A stretch of DNA of 63,975 nt, the filler included, from Sluysia triapertura (Eukaryota), in NCBI GenBank assembly GCA_046118255.1. It is 5 parts of 5 records of this genome, joined end to end, with 100 filler letters (N's around TTAATTAATTAA, not from the genome) between each part and the next. Parts side by side here need not be neighbours in the genome. Positions count along the whole stretch, not along the records: positions 12,497 to 23,911 come from JBJNIA010184990.1; positions 24,012 to 35,506 come from JBJNIA010184102.1; 3 more parts are not named here. One strand, 5' to 3'. Below the pieces are notes generated by a model. It saw only the letters and a program-made list of their open reading frames with translations. It was not told the DNA's origin and searched no databases. Shown here piece after piece: positions 14,701 to 28,851 of this stretch (positions are counted from its first letter, which is position 1; every line of letters starts with the position of its first letter). The position numbers and the translations under genes were made by a program.

Positions 14701-17700
14701 TTGTATTCATACATTTGACTTCATTAATGTGTATTTGAGTCATTATTATTCAGCAGAAAGATAATTCTTATTTAATTTTTTTAATTAAAATTTTTAATTT
14801 AACAGGGACGGAAAACGTTTTCTGCTCCACTTCCTTAAAAAGAATGTAACATTTTTAATCATTTCTTTGTTATTAAATAGCTGCAAGGAAATTGCTTGGC
14901 AATTATCATTACGTTCATAAATCTCAATTGTAAAGGTCACGTTTTACGTGATATTAGTCATTTAAAGTTTAATCAATTGAAGCCGAAACTGCTGTTGTGC
15001 AACTTAAATGAATATTCATTAGTTATTTTCCAAACGTTTAAAACGTTTAAATGTATAAAATCAATAAAATGTATTTTATATCCAATCTGAATCCAAATCA
15101 TAATGAATACATTTAAACTTGGTACCTACTTAATGTTTGAACCTAAAATTTTTCTTGCTCTAAGTTAATTGAAGTACAATCTTTCGTCAGTCAATATCCT
15201 TTAATAATAAATTTTACTTTGTACAATACTTAAGGAGTGTTTAACACGCCCCTGACAAAATCAAAACACCGCAAGTGTTATTACAATTATTTCTCAAAAT
15301 TAGCACTAAAAGCTATGAATTGGCTTGACGATTCTTATTTATTGAAATTATGAAATACTACCTAAAAACTACAATTTTGTATACAACTTAATTCTTACTA
15401 ACTATTCATTTTTATTTACATTTTAATTTGATTTTTTCATTAGTTGTTTCTAAAGTATATTTTATTTAATTCAACGTTTTATATTTTTGTTGGAGTATAG
15501 TTATGCAGTTGACTATAATAAAAACAAAGTGTTGCATTGAGATGACAGCTTAGCCATAAAGTAATTAATTGTGCATATAATGAACTCTATTCAAATTCGG
15601 TCAGTCCATTTAATTTAATTTTTACACATTGGCTATCGAAGCTTGAGAAGAAAATCTTGTACTACGGCCCATGGAAATTTTTCTTATAAAATGACTTTAA
15701 ATGGCATTTTTTTAACTGCGAAAAAATAGTGTAATACCCTGTCGAAACTGGTAAGTAGATACACGACACATTTGTGATGTCGGGCTCAAAAGTAAGAAGT
15801 GATGCATCGCATATATGGGACGCTGGTATCGAAAGTATTAATTTTTGTAGATCACTATTATTATAATTAATTTATCTTAATTATTTGAAGTGTTACTTAC
15901 GATTTTTCACAAATTACAAATAATCTAAGCAGTTCTAACACTTTTTATACCTAACTATTATTGAAAATAAAAATTGTATAAAATTTTATCAAAATATCTT
16001 GCTAAAAAATTTAAAAGGTGTTTTACTACGTATAACATTAACTAATTTTAATAATTATTCAAGTATCTTTTTAAAGTATGTATTGAAATTCAAAATATAC
16101 AAAAAATTGACTTTAATTTGAGTCAATGCATTTATGATGTAGTTAATTAATCTATGATATACTTAATTTAAATAAGGCGACAAAATGATAATTTTAACCA
16201 TTAACTGCACTTGTCCAAATAAAGTGTATAAATAGGAGCCGATAATAGATTTATTGACAGTGATACTACTATCTCAATTACTTAATGCATCACATAATTT
16301 GAATAATTCTGGAGAACAATGTATATATATATTTGAACTATCATCTTGAGTGATAAACATTATTTTTAAGTATTTTAGTGCAATTGTGATACGAAATAAC
16401 ATTTCAACTATTCAAGAATATTTATTAAATACCTGAAACGAAGAAAATGTTAAATGTAAACGAAGGATTCGAGTAATAACACAAACATTAATTAAAAATA
16501 GGATCTGGTAGACTATCGGATGAAAAACTTTGAGAATCAGTAATATATTTTCACATTTTTGATACAAATAAAAAGATTAAAACTATAGAGTTTCAATTTG
16601 ATCTTGAGAATATTATTGGGATTGTTATTAGACATTTAAAAAGATTTTATTGTTTATACTTTTTTGTGCATTGCTCGTTTTATGAAAATTTCTGATTATA
16701 AAAGACATCTTTTTGACATAGACCAAACTTAAGCATGCGAATAATGCTAATAGTTTCAAAAGTCATTGTCTTTTCAAATTAATTGCAAAAATGGATTATT
16801 CCATATTTTTAAAAGTAGGAAGTATAACTAAATCCAATTTAAAAATAACAAAATATCAACTATATCGATACGATTAAATATTAAAAAAAAATACAAATTT
16901 ATAGGACTATTTTAAAATTGAATTTTACGATAATAATAAATACGCTAAATTTATTTATTATTGATACGATATAAACTACTCAAACGTTATAGTATCTTCA
17001 TAAGTTTATGCACTAAAATTTGACAGAGTTGTATTTAATTTCAAATTCTCTTATCCACCTGTCCTGATGATAGGATGAAAATAAAAACCAAAACGCTCAC
17101 CATAATAAATTATATATTGAAAACAACTTGATAAAATATGCTTAGACAATTAAATGATGTGTTTTAAATTAAATTAATGTCTCCACTTTATTAATAGCAC
17201 TTTATTAAGGCGTTTCCATTGTTATTTAATTATTGTATTAATTATTTTGATGCAATAAAATTAGTAATGGTTCATAAAACAAATTTGTAAAAATAAATAT
17301 TGTCATAATTATAATATTAAATTTTGATTTTATTATTTTGAATTAGGTATGGAATTGTTTGTCATAAAGTTTATTATCTTGGGATAATTATTTTGTGATA
17401 TTAAGTTGGAAATCGACTTAAATGAATGTAAAATTTTAATTCCAAAAATGATTGACTTCAGATGATTCTAAGGAATAAAATATGAATGTCGAATTTCTAC
17501 TTTCATAGCAATTATTTAATTAATATATGAAACAATCATATTTTGCTACGAAAAAAATCAAGTAGTATTGCAACAACAGATGATCTTCTACAGTAAAATA
17601 GCTATTTCAACTCATTTGTAGCAAATCTTCGATCGAATAAATTTTACATTTGCTTTGTTTTATCGTGGTTCGTTGAATCTTCAGCCTTTATTGTGTGCGT

Positions 17701-18107
17701 TAATTTATTTGTTATTTGAAGACAAACATTTATTAAGTATTGTGTTACTCATGAGTTTAAGTTTCATATTTTAATATAATAATTTTCTAATCATTTGTAA
17801 TTGCTTTTGATTGTCATAAAGTAAAAACGATTTTGTTAGGTTCATTTTATTAATTTAATAAGTGCACAGTATTTTACAGAAACAACTAAATTAATAATTT
17901 ATGAAATAGTTTTACATTTTATTTTTTCTCAACATTTCTTTCATGAAATGAATAAATTTCAAAATTTAAGAATAAAAATATATCTTTGGAATCTTTTAAT
18001 GCAATTTCAGACAAAAATTTTAAAAATATCAGAATGAAGTAAATAAATATTTAAAAGTAATTAAAATTTAATATGCATATTTATCATTATACTTTAAGAG
18101 GCATAAT

Positions 18108-18699
18108 CAGGGCCTGATCTGGGGTTTTGAGCGCCTCGGTTAAAACAAAATTTGGCGCTATTTCATACAAGAATATACAAATTTACTGCGAATTAAAAAA
18201 TAGTAAAAAAGGCAATAGATTAAAATAACACAATAAAGAACTGTGTAATAAATTAATTTATTTAAAAAATAATATAATAGTTATTTACTTACAAGCGATA
18301 CAACATATGGAATAACATAACGAGTGCATTTGAAGTTTGAGCGACGAAGGAACGAGAACTTTGAAAAGTAAGTTATGCTATTCGTGTTGCCCACGTGTGA
18401 CATACAAGATGTTTTGTAATGCTATTTGTAAAAAATTCAATAATACAGTAAATTAAATTAATTTTTTTGAAAATCAGTTTGTAAATAGTTTACGATATTA
18501 AAATAATTAGCGTTGTGACATTTATTTGGTATTATTAAAGAAAAAAATTTATTGCTTGCTAAAAAAATCGATGTTTCATGAAAAATGATCGATTTTAAAT
18601 TATAAAATCTAAAAAAATAATGAACGGAACAAAATATTTTATTGTTATATCGGCGCTCCGGACAGTCACCCGGCTTGGCCGCCCATTTATCGGGCGTTG
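18108..18699. mobile_element. hAT-like non-autonomous element (~590 bp), degenerate
   Basis: Left CAGGGCCTGAT, right ATCGGGCGTTG (8/11 inverted match); GC-rich subterminal GGCGC motifs at both ends; 8-bp TSD not preserved. Confidence 0.5.
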
Positions 18700-18792
18700 T
18701 ATATATGTGAACTTACGACTAAAATGTAATCAAAACTTAACACTTATCGACATAAAAATATCTTAAATTTATATCAACGTATGTTTCTTTAG

Positions 18793-18960
18793 GTCCCAAT
18801 TCGGGTGCCAAAATTTTCCTACGTTTCATTTCATTACTGTGAAAATTTTGCTGTTTTTTGCTTTTAAAATATTATTATATCTTACGTGAGTCATTTATGC
18901 CACTGGACTTACACACTCAAGGGCCAGCACCTAAATGTCAACGTCGAAAGAAAAATATGG
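18793..18960 (-). mobile_element. LTR 3' part plus tRNA-Lys-like primer binding site
   Basis: Minus 18793-18810 TGGCACCCGAATTGGGAC vs canonical Lys(UUU) PBS TGGCGCCCGAACAGGGAC (15/18); upstream sequence resembles that before the PBS at 37697. Confidence 0.55.
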
Positions 18961-20763
18961 AGAAGATTGGAGATCAATAATAAATATATTCTTTTTTATA
19001 TTAATTATAATTTTATCTTTGATCTAAAATGATCTTCTTAATTTTGTTATTTTTTCTCCTAATAACAATAGTTATATATCTTAATAATGAAATGTTATTT
19101 GACAATTTAAAACAATTACAATTATTTATAATTAAATGGCAATTCAAGAGCAACTACAATTATTTATTTAAATTAAAAAAATATGCAGCGTATTAATACG
19201 AAATTTAAAAATTCAAATGGCTAATATACAAAATTAATACTAAATATGCAAAGTTGAAATAATACCTCAATGTGTAGAATCACACAATAATTAAAAAAAT
19301 GTATATAGACTATATTTATCAATATTAATTCTTTTAATTAATATTACGTATGAAAATATTATCTTGTAATAAAATTTACTAATAATTTATAATGATTTTA
19401 TATTAATTTCAGAATTTACATTTTCTTTAAAATAAGTCTTAAATTTATAAAACTAACGATCGTTATTAAACAAATAGAAAGATTTTGCGATCCAAAAACC
19501 AATATTCCTTCGACAATAAATAAGTTTAAATTGATGATCCAACTAATCCACAAAATTAAAAAACTTGTTTCAAACTTAAAACTTGCTTAAAAATGTCTGG
19601 TTCCAATAAAATATTTTCCAAAAAACTTGTTTGGTCCTTTAAAATTTTATTAAAATTAATTACTTACTTTTTTCTTAAGTGTGATATTTTTGGTATCTTT
19701 ATTACATTGAAATTAGTAGAATTTAAGAATAGATTGTAGTTAATTTAATTCTTGTTTTCGATTTGAAACTTTGGAAAAGAATTTAAAATTTTATTCGCAT
19801 TTTTGTGTAAATTTTAATTTTGATCAATTTTTATTAGTTATTTGTAAAATTGTCATTTTAATTTTATTATCTTGGAACGTTTAATTTGGATATTTAATAT
19901 TTAATGTAAGTAATTATTTTTAAATTTATTTATTAAAATTATTTTATTTGTTAAATTATTTTATGTTAAAATCTTTAATTTATATATTAAAATTATTAAT
20001 GTCAATTGTTTTAATCATTTTTTAATTGTTTCAAGGTTATGTAAATATATATATATATATATCATTTGTTTTTAAAAGTTATCTTGGTAAATTATCAACA
20101 GTTGGCTTAAAAATTTAAACGTCGAAGGAACAAATTTCTTGTTTTAAAAATCGTTAGTTTATTTTCCTTAAGTTGCTATACATTTTAGTACTTTTGTAAA
20201 ATGGACTTAAATTATTATTATAATATATCATAGAACCATTTGAAATTTTATCGTAAAATCTTAATTAAAATTATTTTTGTCGAAGATTAACTTCAAGAAA
20301 ACTTAACTATGATGATTATTATTTTTATAAAAATTTTTTTATTACATTATAATGGTTAATATATACATATATCATATTGTCCTCAATTATACAACTTAAA
20401 AATTCACTAAATTTATTAAATCAGTTTTCAAAAAAGCCGATTATTTAAAAGAACTTCGATCCTGTTTAATAGGATCATTCGTAAGCTCTCATATAAGAAA
20501 TTAGAAAATCTAAAATAATAAAATTGTAAATTTTATAGTTGTGAAATCATTTTAAGTCCGTAAATTTTCATATCGGATACTATTATAAATAAGAAGGATT
20601 TTCGTAAACTTAATAAAATTTATTTATGTAAATGTTTTAAATTTTCACAAGTAAACGAGTGGTATTATTATTTAAATAATTTAAAATTTCTAATACTATG
20701 TAAAATATTAAGAAAAGCATTTACATAAACAACTTTGAAATTATTATTAGACATGCTAAAATA

Positions 20764-20801
20764 AATTAGATTGGATATTCCAAATTAGATTGGATATTCC
20801 A
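20764..20801. repeat. Perfect 19-bp tandem duplication
   Basis: aattagattggatattcca x2. Confidence 0.9.
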
Positions 20802-21192
20802 GTTGGTCTCAAACATAATTCATTATGAAATAAATCGAATGTTACTAAAATATTGTTATTTGAAAATATATACTTAAAATAATTAAATCACTTGGATTTT
20901 TGTCAATTTGTCAATATATAAATTTAGCATTTCTCGAAATAATCCTGAATCTTATTTAGATTTTGTTTAATAATCATTAATATTCTATTTCCATTTTATG
21001 TAAAACGGATTAGGTAATTAGATTCACTAACATAATACAATGAATAAACAAATACATTTAAACTCATTAATTTTATGATCAATATTTACATAAATTTTTA
21101 TATATTATAATAAAATTTAAATATAACTAAAAATAAAAATGTAAGTGATAATAATGAATATCGATAATAACAATAGTACTTGAATTAACCGA

Positions 21193-21193
<1 letters not shown>

Positions 21194-21251
<58 letters not shown>
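21194..21251. repeat. (AAT)n microsatellite
   Basis: Direct reading. Confidence 0.95.
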
Positions 21252-21254
<3 letters not shown>

Positions 21255-22324
21255 CAAATAACTATTGAAATAATACAATTAATAAAATTATGAAAGTTTT
21301 TTAGAAATATGATAGTGAATGATTCATTTTAAGCGATTTAGACAGTATTTTAGTAATAATACCAAGAGCAACAGTGACTAAACATGAGGATAAAATACAA
21401 CACAATTAAAAAAAGAATAAAGATAACATACATACAGAAAAGAACAACAAATGAAGATAATTGTAACAACAATAGTTAATATAACTGCAATAACAATAGT
21501 TACAATATTAACAACATTGGTTATAAGAATTTAATATTATTATGACTATAGTTATTGTTGCGATAAAAATTATGATGATAATAATTGCAAAATTGTAGTT
21601 ATTATAAATTATTACGATTGTGTTTGTGTTTTGTACGAGTTAAGTAATGTGTTTAGTAATTTATTCATGTATGAGGTGTTGATTTGCGATGAAATGTATT
21701 TTTGATTGTGATGAGTTGATTTAAAGTTATTTTCAGGTAATAAAATTATTGAGGCAATTTAAGTAAAAGTTTTCTCTTATAAAATGAAGCAGTATGATTT
21801 AAGATATAAAAGCAACAGTTTTTTAAAGTTTACGAATAATTTTAAAGAGTAAGGGTCATTAATCAATAGTAAGGAATAAATTTAGTCTAATTTCAATTTA
21901 AAGTAATTGATGGCGAGTTTTCATCACACCTTAATTATGAGTAATAATTCACCACAGCTGCTGTTATTACACAGTATTTACTGTTAAACTAATAATCCAT
22001 ATAAAATAATTCTATTAATTTCTGACATGATTATATCATATTTTTGTGTAATAATTTTATTTTGAATAATTTTAATATAGAAATTAATGTAAGACATTAA
22101 AAATATATTTATTTGAATAAAAACGAAATATTTTAAAAACATTGAATTATTCGTAAATTTAAAATCGAAATTAACTGATTTAAATAAACAAATAAATGAA
22201 CACAAATATATTTACAAAAATAAATATTTTATAACTTATATAGTATAATATTATTATTTATCTTTTCGTTTTGTATTAATTACAGACTTTGCGTGTACTT
22301 TTCTTATAATACATCTCGAAATTA

Positions 22325-22390
<66 letters not shown>

Positions 22391-22406
22391 TACTATTATT
22401 ATTATT
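22325..22406. repeat. (ATT)n microsatellite
   Basis: Direct reading. Confidence 0.95.
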
Positions 22407-23588
22407 GCAGAAATAAAAAGTACTTACGAAAACTGCAGAAAATTAAAATATATTTCAAACTAAACATAAACATTGCGCAGAAATAGCTTATTTTAAAAAT
22501 TAAAGTCAAGTTAAACAATTTTTCCCATCCAAATTCTTTTTTATTATCTTATGTCTAAAAAAATACTTAAAGTTTTAAAATTACTACTCCAATTAAAACA
22601 GATTTTATTACAAATTTATAAAGAATCAAAATTGAACATTTTTAAAATCGTTCGTAAATACAATATTATTATGAAAACAAATAATAAAATAATGATTATA
22701 ATCATAATTAATTTTATTGTTTAAAAAAAAGGTTAAATCAGAATCAAATGGATTTAATAAAATATGCTTTTCTTGTGGTATGTCGTATGTAAGGCGTAAT
22801 TCCACTAGAAAAGGGTCCGTAGATCATGAAAATTAGTAATTAAAAGATGTGTTGTTAGGATGCCTTGTCCATGGAATCGCTACTATTTTAACTGAGTTCG
22901 TGTATACCACCTTGATGATCACTTTTAAAAGAACTATACACAGATCATTTAACCGTGATATATTAAAGGATTATAGTAGTCATTTCAAGATAAGCATCTA
23001 TTCAGCTAATGTCAAAATGTATTGTGTCAAGTGCACGTTTAAATGATTCAGAAAAGTATTCGTCCCGTAATGTTTGTTTATGAAAGAAAACAAATGAACA
23101 AATTATGTTCTTAAGGGATCTAATTTTTACATTATGTTTGGAAGAAAGAAATAATTTAATTATAACCTTTTAAAACCTTTTAAACTTCATTACACTCTTA
23201 AGTAATCAGTTTATGATTTTGTTTTCTAAATGATATATTTATTTTCATACAAATATTAGTTTTGATTTTACTAATATAAAGCAAAGCAGTTTATGACACT
23301 GAATAATTATTTCATATTTATTTAACTTTAAAGTCCATTTCATAGAAATCTTGCTTTTTTATTATTGACAAATATTATAATTTAATGTTAAGGGAGAGTG
23401 ACAGGCCCTGTCTAAAACAAAATACAAACACTCATACATGTTATAAAAATAAATAAATTTCACTGAATCATTATGATAAAATTAACAATAGAAAGATACT
23501 AAAATGTTTAAACATTTTCAGGCGATAGAATATACAATTACGACCCGTTGGTTCAGTATTGAAATAGCCAATATAAAAATGCTACTGT

Positions 23589-23637
23589 ATGGTGTCGGAA
23601 CGTTGACACCATTTTAGGGTGTCATAACTCTGACACC
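23589..23637. repeat. Two tandem palindromes GGTGTC-N8-GACACC (27-bp period)
   Basis: ggtgtc-ggaacgtt-gacacc (23591-23610) and ggtgtc-ataactct-gacacc (23618-23637). Confidence 0.85.
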
Positions 23638-23911
23638 AAACTTTGTCGTGGATGGCTTTAAATTCAAGTTCATTCGCTATAAATTTTAAAATCATAATGC
23701 TTAGTATGTTGTACTGAATTTGAATATTAAAGATCGGTAATTTTTCGTGTGATACAGGTTCCATTACGTTTATTATGATCGTAGGGATGACTTTTAAACT
23801 TAATTTTAAATTTACATGAGATTTGTTATCTTATTGTTGAACATAGGCATTGTAATTATTCACACATGTTATCGCAACTTTACCTATGAACTTTATCTTT
23901 GACGTATTATT

Positions 23912-24011
23912 NNNNNNNNNNNNNNNNNNNNNNNNNNNNNNNNNNNNNNNNNNNNTTAATTAATTAANNNNNNNNNNNNNNNNNNNNNNNNNNNNNNNNN
24001 NNNNNNNNNNN
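23912..24011. other. Assembly spacer 44N-TTAATTAATTAA-44N
   Basis: Same structure as 12397. Confidence 0.97.
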
Positions 24012-24391
24012 TAAAATAATATAGATATATGATCAAGTTTTTCCATTCTTTTAGAAGAATTTCATTCTTGGCTAATTATTTGTAGTAAGTCTAAGAAATT
24101 TGCCACTATAGACAAATTAATTTTTTTCAGTTCTTTTTTACTGTCATATATTTGTGGATAAAGTCGTTTGATACCTTGACTTTCCAGTGATGGAATAATA
24201 TGATCATCTTTATAAAACTGTTCTCCAAAAATAGAATAAACTTGATTACTTGTAGGCACAGGCGGTGGAAGAGGTGAGGTCCCATTTGCTATCATAGAAT
24301 CACTATATTTTTTAATGTATGACATAGGTGGAATTGGAAAAGGTAATGAGCGCTTTTGACTTTCATCGACTGTGCTGTTCGTTTGAATCAT
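24012..24391 (-). CDS. MED7: Mediator subunit 7, N-terminal part; in-frame TGA at 24062-24064; truncated by gap
   Basis: PIPPMSYIKKYSD...SPLPPPVP...YSIFGEQFYKDDHIIPSLESQGIKRLYP...KKELKKINLSIVANFLDLL matches MED7; after the TGA the frame continues NSSKRMEKLDHISILF (vertebrate [16 protein letters not shown]). Confidence 0.9.
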
Positions 24392-25028
24392 TTTAATTTA
24401 AATTTTCGGAAAACTTATATCTTAAATAAACATTAAACATAAAACATGTTACCAAATTCATGTATATTTTAGTTGAAAATAAAATTAAAATAATCACAAC
24501 TCTTCAATTATATAGAATATTTTAACTCAGTTAAACAAAACTAAATTTCAAATCAAAACATGTGGAAAAAATAAATGCATAAATATTTTAAATGTACATT
24601 AATTAAAATAAATTTTTAAAACTGTCAAGAAAAAAAGTACAAAAAAAACTAAATGGAAGTAAATAAATATACACTGTAAAATTGGCATTTGATTATTTGT
24701 CTTTTATTCATTTATTTCTTAATTATTAAAATTTTTATTTTAATTATATATTAGTATTAGAAAATTCACATATGAAATTTAATTTTAAAATACTTAAAAA
24801 ATTTTGTCAAAAATTAATATGTAGATTGTTTGTTAATTTAATGATAATTATTATTAATTCTATTTATTTTTAAAATATTATTATAGAATAAATTAATATA
24901 TTATTCTGTTATATAGACATTTAACTTTTTATAATTTTTATTAATGTAACTTGAAATAAATATACCTTTCTATTTATCATGATATAATAAAATTATTTAA
25001 GGTATAACATGTTTTAAGATTTAAAGTT
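24392..25028. promoter_or_regulatory. Putative bidirectional promoter region between divergent MED7 and RADIL-like starts
   Basis: Head-to-head ATGs ~640 bp apart; no specific motif identified. Confidence 0.4.
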
Positions 25029-26432
25029 ATGGATAATTCAAAATCAACTCTTCGACGTTTTTTCAGAAAAAAGGAGAAATCTCCTATGTTTAAATCACCA
25101 TCTCATTATTGGAATGCAACAAATGTTGGATTTTTACATAGTAAAGGCAGTGCTCATGTCGAATTATCAATAGATCCATTCAATAAATGCTTAATACGTA
25201 TTTATTGCCAATCCATTGATAAGATGATCAATTATAAATCTATTGAGTATTTTTCACGCACTCAGGTTCAGAATGTAATTGAACGTATGATTAAAGTATT
25301 AAGGTTAAATAAAAATATCAGTGAATTTTTACTTTGTGAAACGATTGGTCGATGCATGGCTATCGATGCTTCAGGAGGTACAAAGAATAAAATAGCTAAG
25401 CCTGGTGAACCATTTATTTTTTTAGAACAAAATCGTCGCATTTTAATGATGGATGATTATATATTAACAATTCTTAATTATTGGAAGCCTATGTATGGTT
25501 TATCTCGACGTTTTGATTTATGTTTGGCATCCAAAGCGACTCGAATGACAGCTTGTGACGAAACATTTCCGTTTTTCAATGATCAAATTCCAAATTCTGC
25601 CTTATCTAACGGTTCTACACGTTCATTTAGTATACGATCAATTGATCAAGTTGATAACAGTACTCAAACAGAACCTTTATCTCCAACAGTACCTCCAGTC
25701 ATTCCACGACGTAAATCTACAAACAAAACTATTCAGTTAGCACCTCAATTGATTTTATTAAAAGGAGATAATAAAGAATTACCATCTGTATTTCAAATAA
25801 CCGAAAAAATTGAATTTGGAACTTTAGGCACGTCTTGTCGTTACATTTTGACACGTATGAAGAAATTTCCTAATCAAAAAGTATTTTTTGCTTTTAAAGT
25901 GGGTCAGCAGACAGATTATAAAGTTATGATTGATGTTTTTAATTCTGATTCTGAAATAGCCGTTCTTCTGAATGGTCGACAAATAACAGAAAAAATGGTC
26001 CTCCTGTCGGGTGACATTATAGAAATAGAACGTGAATATGCATTTTATTTTAAAGATATCAATCAAAATGATAATAGTTCAACTCATATTCGTCATTATA
26101 TAAATAAGTCTACAACACATGCTTCTGAAAATGATGAAACATCTATATCCGAAGTTTCTGATTTGAACCATGCATCATCCACTGATTCTAAATCAATTTC
26201 GGATAACAAACGGCGTTATGAAAGAATTGATTTATCTGGCATCGACTTAGAGTGTTTTGATATGCTTTTTAATCAATTATTAATTCACTATTATGAAAAT
26301 TCAATAAATCTTGAATTTACAACCGTTTTTGTTAGTTTCTTAATTCGATATTGTCGTGAGACAGTTCGGTGTAGTTTTACTTTAGATCAAATGCAAGATT
26401 GTATGAGTGCAAGAATATCCAAATTTTTAGAT
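25029..26432 (+). CDS. RADIL/RASIP1-like protein (Ras-association and FHA-like domains), large exon
   Basis: LIRIYCQSIDKMINYKSI...FLLCETIG...NYWKPMYGLSRRFDL matches the RADIL/RASIP1 RA domain (WKPREGLSRRFEL); VLLNGRQITEKMVLLSGDIIEI is FHA-like; phase-0 donor gat|gttaga at 26432/26433. Confidence 0.8.
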
Positions 26433-27827
26433 GTTAGAATTTTTATTTTGAATTTATTAATTTATCATTAAATACTTTTAAATTTTTATTATTTAATTTA
26501 CATTAAATTATTAAATTACATTAAATTATTAGATTTTTGAAGTAATTTCTTATTATTATGGAATACAAAATAACATCAAATAAGTTTACAAAAATTATTA
26601 AATTATGAAAAGCTTTCTACAAAAATTTTTATAATTCAAAAACAATTTAATAATAATGCGCATAATTTATTTAAAATATAAATAATTAATGAAGCATTTC
26701 CATTAAACCTACTAAGTAATCTATGTCTTTCGGTTTTTAATATTTTTGATAGTTATAATTCGTACAAAACATCTGGTCGTCTTTGAGGGCATGGGTTTAA
26801 TAATATTAATAATAACAATAATAATTTTTAAAAAATGCAATACATTTTTTGACTTCATTGTTACTTGTGTTCTTTCTAGTCCTCATTTTAATTTTTTTGG
26901 AAAATATTTAAAAATATTAATAAAATAATTCTTAGTATTCGGTTTGATTTGTTTTTAAAAAATCGAGTATATCAAGTTTTTCTGAGAGTTTCGAAGTTCT
27001 ATTGTAAATAATTTCGACTTGTCTATTCTATTTTATTCTATGTAGCAATAATTTTCTCTTTCACTATGAATAGTTTTTTGAATTTTTCAAACAAGCTCAG
27101 TGTAGAAATATTTCGATTTAGAAACCATAATATATTTATGTACGTTTTTAAAATGACTATTTAATTTAATCTTGGAATAAACTATTTATATTTATTATTT
27201 AAAAACATAATAAAAATAAACTACCACACGATTTTCATCAATAATCATTTCATTTTCAGTATCAATCTTTCGATCGTCATTCGAATCAACGAAATATTAG
27301 AAACACATTTTTTATAAAATAATGATTATATAGAAGTATTGAAATTTTTAATTATTTTTCTGAATATTTTTAAGGATACAATATTTGGGATCCATTGTGA
27401 TCTTGCGCTACTTTGTGAAGAATTATGCTATTAATTAAATATCTTAATCTTATAAAACCAGAAATCGGTATCACTTGTAAATTTTTTTAGTTTCCTAATT
27501 CTTAATCCAAACAATTTATATGTAGAAATATTTCACTTATGTCTAAAAAGCCAATCTTAAATTAAATAGCAATAAAACAGATTCCTTGATGATCATTTAT
27601 TTTGAATAATGTTTACTATAATAAACTGTATTAATCAGGCTTAGAATTCAATGTAGACATTTAATGTAAAATATCATTTGTTTAATTATTAATATGTACA
27701 AAATATAAACTGCACAATATGTTTCGTTTGATTGCATTTGTATAAAGTTACTTATTTTCTATTTTAATCATTATTTTAATATATCAAATCACTTACACTT
27801 ATAAACTCAAAATTCATTTATTGTGTC

Positions 27828-28100
27828 TTAACCGTTTGACCGCGGGAGAATTTTCTTATGCATATGCTGAAAGTGCGGGATGAAATGCGTAGTATTTTTT
27901 GGGGGAAATAATGAAAATGATAATGATGAACACTAATTGTTATGTAACAAGTAATTTTGATCAAAAATTTTTTTATTTTCACTTATTACAAAAATGTTTT
28001 GTTGCACAAATTCCATGAACTCCTTTTTTGATACTTTCTTTAAAGCTATACTGTTATTTTTCTCACAAGTTAGGAATATTCTGTAATAAGTGGATATCAG
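27828..28100 (-). mobile_element. Possible piggyBac terminus and decayed 3' region
   Basis: TTAA-CCGTTTGACCGCGGG with a repeated GCGGGA motif; weak transposase-like residues on the minus strand. Confidence 0.35.
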
Positions 28101-28476
28101 AGGCGTTACACTTTATGTATTATAAATAATTAATGAACGCCGAAGAATAATATTAACCTTTTGTCTACCAAAAAAGTATATATGCATTGCATATAAATAC
28201 ACACACTATGTATTTATAGTAGGCGGAATGTTAATTTAATAAAATCAAACAAATGATTTCTATTGTAATAATTAGGAAACAATTAGTAAGTATGATTGTT
28301 CAAAGTGTACATTGATATTTATGCGGTATTTGGTAGAAATAAGTTTATTTCAAGTTTCGAAACAAATAGTGCAAATCAATAAATGTTAAAAATTATATTT
28401 TTACACAATTATATACTAATGATAACATTGCACTACGTACTATTTTTCTAAGTATTACTACACTTTAATCCAGGCA

Positions 28477-28477
<1 letters not shown>

Positions 28478-28555
<78 letters not shown>
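28478..28555. repeat. (AAT)n microsatellite
   Basis: Direct reading. Confidence 0.95.
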
Positions 28556-28671
28556 CGTATTCCAAAATAGCATGAATGTATGCTATTTATTTTAAGATTT
28601 GTTGATATTTTATAGTTTTCTCAAATGATTTATTATATATATTTTTTGACCTTAATTTATATTTATTTTAG

Positions 28672-28851
28672 AAAGCCTATCAAAATGATAATTATTTAAT
28701 TGGTTCCTTAAAAGTTATTGCACTATTGTATGAATTATGGTTATTATATCACTATGAAACTAAGCAAATTCAAGAAAATGATGACTGGAAATCTTTTCTA
28801 GGAAATAAAACTGCAGAATTATTTGATATAGTTGCAGATAACTTGTGCAAG
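28672..28851 (+). CDS. Next exon of the RADIL-like gene (180 bp, phase 0-0)
   Basis: ttattttAG|aaagcc...tgcaag|GTactt; 60 open codons KAYQNDNYLIGSLKVIALLYELWLLY...ELFDIVADNLCK, in phase with the previous donor. Confidence 0.7.

Noticed and set aside
24062-24064. Alternative nuclear genetic code or selenocysteine explaining the MED7 TGA
   Set aside because: The aligned residue is Pro rather than Cys or Trp, and other long exons here have no internal TGA and use TGG for Trp
25555-26066. Short ORFs overlapping the RADIL-like exon (also 43602-43796 and 44440-44673 over the Delta-like exon)
   Set aside because: Alternative-frame or antisense shadows of real exons
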